DNA from: Paramoeba atlantica
Lineage: Eukaryota; Protista; Discosea
DNA length: 64,000 nucleotides
NCBI GenBank assembly: GCA_977017575.1
Contig: CDRNVI010000030.1
Location: 248,001 to 312,000, forward strand
Direction: 5' to 3'
The position numbers were made by a program, and so were the translations under genes. The notes below the pieces were generated by a model that saw only the letters and a list, made by a program, of their open reading frames with translations, made no database searches and was not told the DNA's origin. Below are positions 59,528 to 64,000 of the stretch, piece after piece. Position 1 is the first letter of the stretch, and every line of letters begins with the position of its first letter.

Positions 59528-60499
59528 TCAACGCCAGCGCTTTTCCTTTACCGGAAACCTCTTTCGCTTTATCACATGAACTTTAGTATCCCCCCATCCC
59601 GGGTGATTTCTCAGGTGCTCTGGGAGATGCTCCGCACGCACCTCTCCACAAAGCTCCTCATTGCCTTGTAAGGACAACTCGCACAACGCTTTCGGCAGAC
59701 ACTGCAAGTCGAGATCCCCACAAAATTTATTATAAGCTACCGAAAATTCCTTAAGTGTGCCGGGGAGATGGGTGAAATCCAACGCCCCGGTAAATGCATT
59801 TCCCGCAAGATTTAAAATCTTCAAAGGAACATGCGCGAGCTGCCGAAGATTCACCTCCCCATTAAACGCGTTGTACGCGAGGTGGAGCGTCTCCAGCGCA
59901 GGGGGGAGTTGCGCGAGCTTTACCCCTCCTGAAAAACCATTTCTCTGCACATTTACCTCCGTAAGGGTCTCGGGCAAGGAGGTGAAATCGAGTGGCCCAC
60001 AGAACCGGTTCCCGGGAAGATGCAGAATTTCAAGACTTGGAGGCAAACGTTCGGTTTGCAGCTCCCCGTGGCAGCCTTGGCTCACCAGCACGAGCCGTTG
60101 GAGTGTCGGGGGAGCGTGCGAGAAGGAAATCGAACCTCCCAACCCCCCCAAACGCGTTCGACCGTGGTTAGGGGTGCGCACACGTGTCCAGGCGATTTCA
60201 ACCACCTGGCCGTGTTCGTTGCATTGGATCCCTTCCCAATTACAACCAGCGGTTTCGGTGCTCCATGAGGGAGGGGGAGATTGGGCGTTACGGAAGAACT
60301 CGGAGAGAAGCACTTCTGGGGGCACCGTGGCAGCGCTGACGCGACCGCGTCGTGTGAGCGTGGGGGGATGGGACGTGTCAGCGGTGGAAACAGCATACAA
60401 GGAGGAGTAGGGGGTGCGGCAGGTCATCTCTATAACGTTACTACGAGTAGTATAAGGGGGAGACGTCGGAGGGTTATAAACGGGGGTCCGGGATAACAT
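59528..60499 (-). CDS. LRR protein, subfamily A, with basic C-terminal tail KRKRFPVKEKRWR (start uncertain)
   Basis: Intact ORF with VPPEVLLSEF…SWSTETAGCNWEGIQC and about 7 repeats. Confidence 0.9.
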   Translation of the reverse strand: MLSRTPVYNPPTSPPYTTRSNVIEMTCRTPYSSLYAVSTADTSHPPTLTRRGRVSAATVPPEVLLSEFFRNAQSPPPSWSTETAGCNWEGIQCNEHGQVVEIAWTRVRTPNHGRTRLGGLGGSISFSHAPPTLQRLVLVSQGCHGELQTERLPPSLEILHLPGNRFCGPLDFTSLPETLTEVNVQRNGFSGGVKLAQLPPALETLHLAYNAFNGEVNLRQLAHVPLKILNLAGNAFTGALDFTHLPGTLKEFSVAYNKFCGDLDLQCLPKALCELSLQGNEELCGEVRAEHLPEHLRNHPGWGDTKVHVIKRKRFPVKEKRWR

Positions 60500-61254
60500 A
60501 CCTGTAACACGATAACATACCGGGGCGGTATGTTATCGTGAACAGGGGTGGATAGCATACCCCCCCTATGGATTTTGGAGTTTAGGGTCAATTTTTTTTA
60601 GTTGAGATTTTTTACGTGTGTAGTACTGATCATTTTTTCTATTTTTTTATCAACATGAGCACTCAAGAAATAAGTGCCACAAAAGTTAACCTACCTGTAA
60701 CAGCATAACATACCTGTAACAGCATAACATACCGGGTATGTTATCCTGTAACACCGTTTATGGATAAGGAGTTGTTTTTCTTTTGGCGAATACGAAACGT
60801 TTAGTGTGCCGCAAATTAAAAATGAGAAGCTGTTTAAGGGAGGCAGAACCAGTCAGGTTCAGGACCAGTCAAAACCAGTCAGGTTCGCCTAATGCAAACT
60901 ATGCCCTACACTTCTACCAGTTATTAAATAACTTGTAACGAAATAGTGTTTCGTTTTTTTATCCCTGTGGCCCAGTTAGCGCACGCCTCTACGTTTATTC
61001 GTTTTTATACTCAATATTTCTATCTATTTACGTACGGTGATGCAGTGCTTTCAAGATATCCCCTCCCCCCCCCAGTCTTTGCACATTTTTGCAGCATTGG
61101 ATAGATCTCGTTCCCCTGGTGAAGATATTTGCTGACTTTTTTGTAAGGACCCCCTGGTACCCCCTGGGTCTAAAAAACATGGCATTTTGATTCATTAGTC
61201 TGGAGCATATTATTTTTTACATATGGAGCATATAATTTTTTACAGTTCTTTTAT

Positions 61255-61770
61255 CGGATGTGTGGGCCCGGGCCATCTTGAGGAAGTTCAAGGTCTCTGG
61301 GTCCGGTATCTCGTACGTGGTGAAGGCTAGGGGGTAAACGTCCCTGCCCCTAACTGACGACATCCCTTCATGAGTGCGCCGTTTGTTGGCCTCGGCCATC
61401 CTCAAAGTATGGAACGGCTCCGTGGTCCCCTAGGAGGAAGGGGCCAGTGGATTTACAGTAGTAAAGGGTAGGAAGAGGCCAGTGGATTTACAACCGTGAT
61501 ATCCACCAGGGCGAGCCTCCGTCCCAGTTGGAAACAGATTTTCGACCCCCTGCTATTGTCGAACCTCGGGTTGCACAGGGTTTGCACGGGTTTGAGCCCA
61601 TAGTGGACCAGGAGGTTTCTGAAGGCCTCCTTGACGTTCTTGTGTCGGGAGGCCTGGGTCTTACCCTTGACTTTTTTTCGTCGGCGCGATTTTTCTCAGT
61701 CATGCCCCAAAATTGGGGTGAAGTAGCCGTGTCAAACGGCTGCGCATAAGTGGGGGGACAGTATGAGTGA
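61255..61770 (-). mobile_element. Restriction-like endonuclease (REL) domain remnant of a CRE-type non-LTR element
   Basis: One frame reads SRHKNVKEAFRNLLVHYG…LALVDITVVNPLASSY, followed by AEANKRRTH…VYPLAFTTY…LNFL; frameshifted. Confidence 0.65.
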
Positions 61771-61897
61771 ACCACGAATAATTTAGAGGTGCTTTAAAAT
61801 CAACAGTATTTCACGCAGGTCCAAATTAGCGCAAAATTGAATGTGATTTCTTTTATTTTGGGGGAAAGAGTGCAAATTCTAACTTTTTCTGAATTAA

Positions 61898-62365
61898 CCG
61901 TCTCTGAGCCGAGAACTGGCACGCGGACTTCGAAATGATACGTACAGTGCCAGGCGCGCTGAACGAGCAGCAAAGTAGTCTATACTGAAACGCCAGCCGC
62001 GCCCATGTAAGGATGGTATTAAAGGAGAGATTAAAGACAAAGTCGTCTCCCATATACGCAGGAGCTTTAGCCCCCAGCGAATTACACCCCCGCTAACAAA
62101 TATAAAGAGTTATCTCCGCCGTGGAGGAAGACGTGGTCAACGTCGCCGTCGGGGAGCCAATCGTACAGGTATTCCTAATCGCACCGATATTGAGGAGCGA
62201 CCGAATGTTGTTACCAATCGGGAGCGATACGGCGATTGGGAATGTGACCTTATAGAAAGGTACGAGACACAACGGATTCTTCCTCACCTTGGTTAAGCGA
62301 AAGAGTCGGTTCGAAATCCTAAAGAAGCGCACATGCAAGAAACGGCACTGGTCGCTGAACACATC
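61898..62365 (+). mobile_element. Second IS30-family transposase remnant, diverged from 15007-15560
   Basis: SLSRELARG…YSARRA…FSPQRI…YLRRGGRR…GIPNRTDIEERP…YGDWECDLIE; stop, internal deletion and frameshift. Confidence 0.85.
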
Positions 62366-62759
62366 CTACCGTCACCCCCCCCCTCACTTGTCCTCCTAGG
62401 TGACATATCCTCTTTTTACAATCGATGAGAGGATATGTCATCTAGTACCAAGATATGAAGTTCTTAAATAATGTTTTTGTGCTAAACGATTTTAGCACAC
62501 GTATTTTATTCTCAATAGTTTTGACAACACATGCTTAGGTCAATAAATAATCAAAATATTCACGTTTCTTAAATTTTCAGCCTTCTAATCAACATGTTAC
62601 TTAACAAGAAAGCGAATCACAAACCTTTTAATGCAAGTCAAATACAGGTTCCGGTTCGTGCGCATGGGGAAGGTATTGTTGTAATGCCTCACATGGAAGA
62701 CGTCCCCACGAGTGTAATAAATGAAACCCAAGTTGTGGTGGCTAGCACCAAAACATCGC

Positions 62760-62990
62760 GAAAATCAAGAGTCGAATTAACCATTCAACAGAAATTGAAT
62801 GTGTGTGCCGCCATCGACAATGGTAAGATGCAACACGTCATTGCGAAGGAGTACAAGCTGGAAGTCAGTACCGTACGAAAACTGTTCAAAAAGAAGCAAT
62901 TCGTCCGGTTGGGGTACGGAAGAAAATACCAATATCATCCACCAACAAAGAATCGAGAATTATACGAGCAAGGAGCAGAAACTGAGGGTG
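62760..62990 (+). mobile_element. pogo/Tigger-like HTH remnant
   Basis: RVELTIQQKLNVC…IAKEYKLEVSTVRKL. Confidence 0.55.
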
Positions 62991-64000
62991 TTACTAATCC
63001 CTGGACAGTATGCTGCCCAGGGACACAGCAACTCCCCATTATCTCGGCGTAGCAAACACGCCTTGGCTTGACTGGCACTGTGATCGCCGAGAGAGAAAGA
63101 AAAAAAAATTCTCCCGAGTCATTTCACAGCCCAGAATGCTTCCCACTTAAGGGGCCCGTTTCCGTATCCGAGTGATCTCCCCGGCAACACGTCTTTCGAC
63201 GTGCGTCAAGAAGGCTGGGATACGGAACCAGGGTGTGCAAGTACGTGCTGTACCCGCACGTTTAATAAGCTCTTTTTTATTTATTTTTTACGGATTTCTT
63301 CTTTTTTTTGTGCACTGATCACAAAGATCACGAAGGCCACAAACGGTGGGTCACAAAGATCCCAAACACGAGATAACAAATAATGGGTCATTAAAATTTC
63401 AAGTGAACCGATCACAAAGATAACAAAAAAACAAACAAACAAACCAATCAGGTAATATTCACATCCGATTACAAAAGATCCCGTGCAATGAATCATAAGG
63501 ACTTCATAGATACCAAACAAACGATCACAAATATCCTAAGTAAGGGGTCGAAAAGATCACAAAAAAAAACAGATCACAAAGATCCCCATACAACCAATCC
63601 TCAACAACCGATCAAAAAGCTCCTGAACAATGGGTCACAAAAACCCCAAATAACATATATCAAAGATCCCAAACAACGGGTCACAAAGATCACTTCAGAA
63701 TTCAACAATACATGTTTGCTCTATGGAGGGCTGCGTAACAACGTTTCATCATATGTGTACAATTGAAGCACATGGAGAAGATTATGATAATCTCTGTGTA
63801 AAGCATTAGTTTATTCGGGTCTACGAAAGTGGGGACAAAGCAGGGGCATTGACGATACAAAGATATACCATCCACAGAACTGTTTGTTTTTCCAATATTT
63901 ACATTCATTTCATTGCTCAAATTTAGTTAACTCATTCTCTAGTATAGCAGGCCGAGGGTAACCGCAATAGAAAAAACATTCACACTCTAAGTCGTTACTA

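Noticed and set aside
1-64000. tRNA, rRNA, Fanzor/TnpB or tyrosine-recombinase genes
   Set aside because: I looked for T-loop motifs, rRNA signatures, RuvC and RHRY motifs by eye and found none convincing. Covariance-model and HMM searches would be needed to exclude them fully.

Overview
This is eukaryotic nuclear DNA, most likely from a kinetoplastid or another SL-using euglenozoan. The evidence is several partial copies of a kinetoplastid-type spliced-leader (SL) exon core (…ACAGTTTCTGTAC…TTG), a CRE/SLACS-like retroelement, and intronless genes that all face one way. I recognised no housekeeping genes, rRNA, tRNA or CRISPR. The window is a co-directional minus-strand cluster of about 23 leucine-rich-repeat (LRR) loci, 12 apparently intact and 11 or more disrupted. 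They share a 23-aa repeat (LPxxLxxLxLxxNxFxGxxDLxx) and fall into two subfamilies. From memory they resemble the expanded LRR family of Perkinsela-like prokinetoplastids, which I could not verify here. The loci sit among many degenerate mobile elements: Tc1/IS630, pogo, Merlin, hAT-type MITEs with 8-bp target duplications, two bacterial-type IS30 transposase remnants, CRE-type non-LTR pieces, minisatellites and local segmental duplications. The most unusual signal is a dispersed, hairpin-rich repeat family whose 5' ends carry the 3' part of the SL exon. One copy interrupts an LRR gene, and the CRE-like element begins with the same SL end. Coordinates of degenerate elements are approximate, and all family assignments come from motif recognition by eye, not from database searches.
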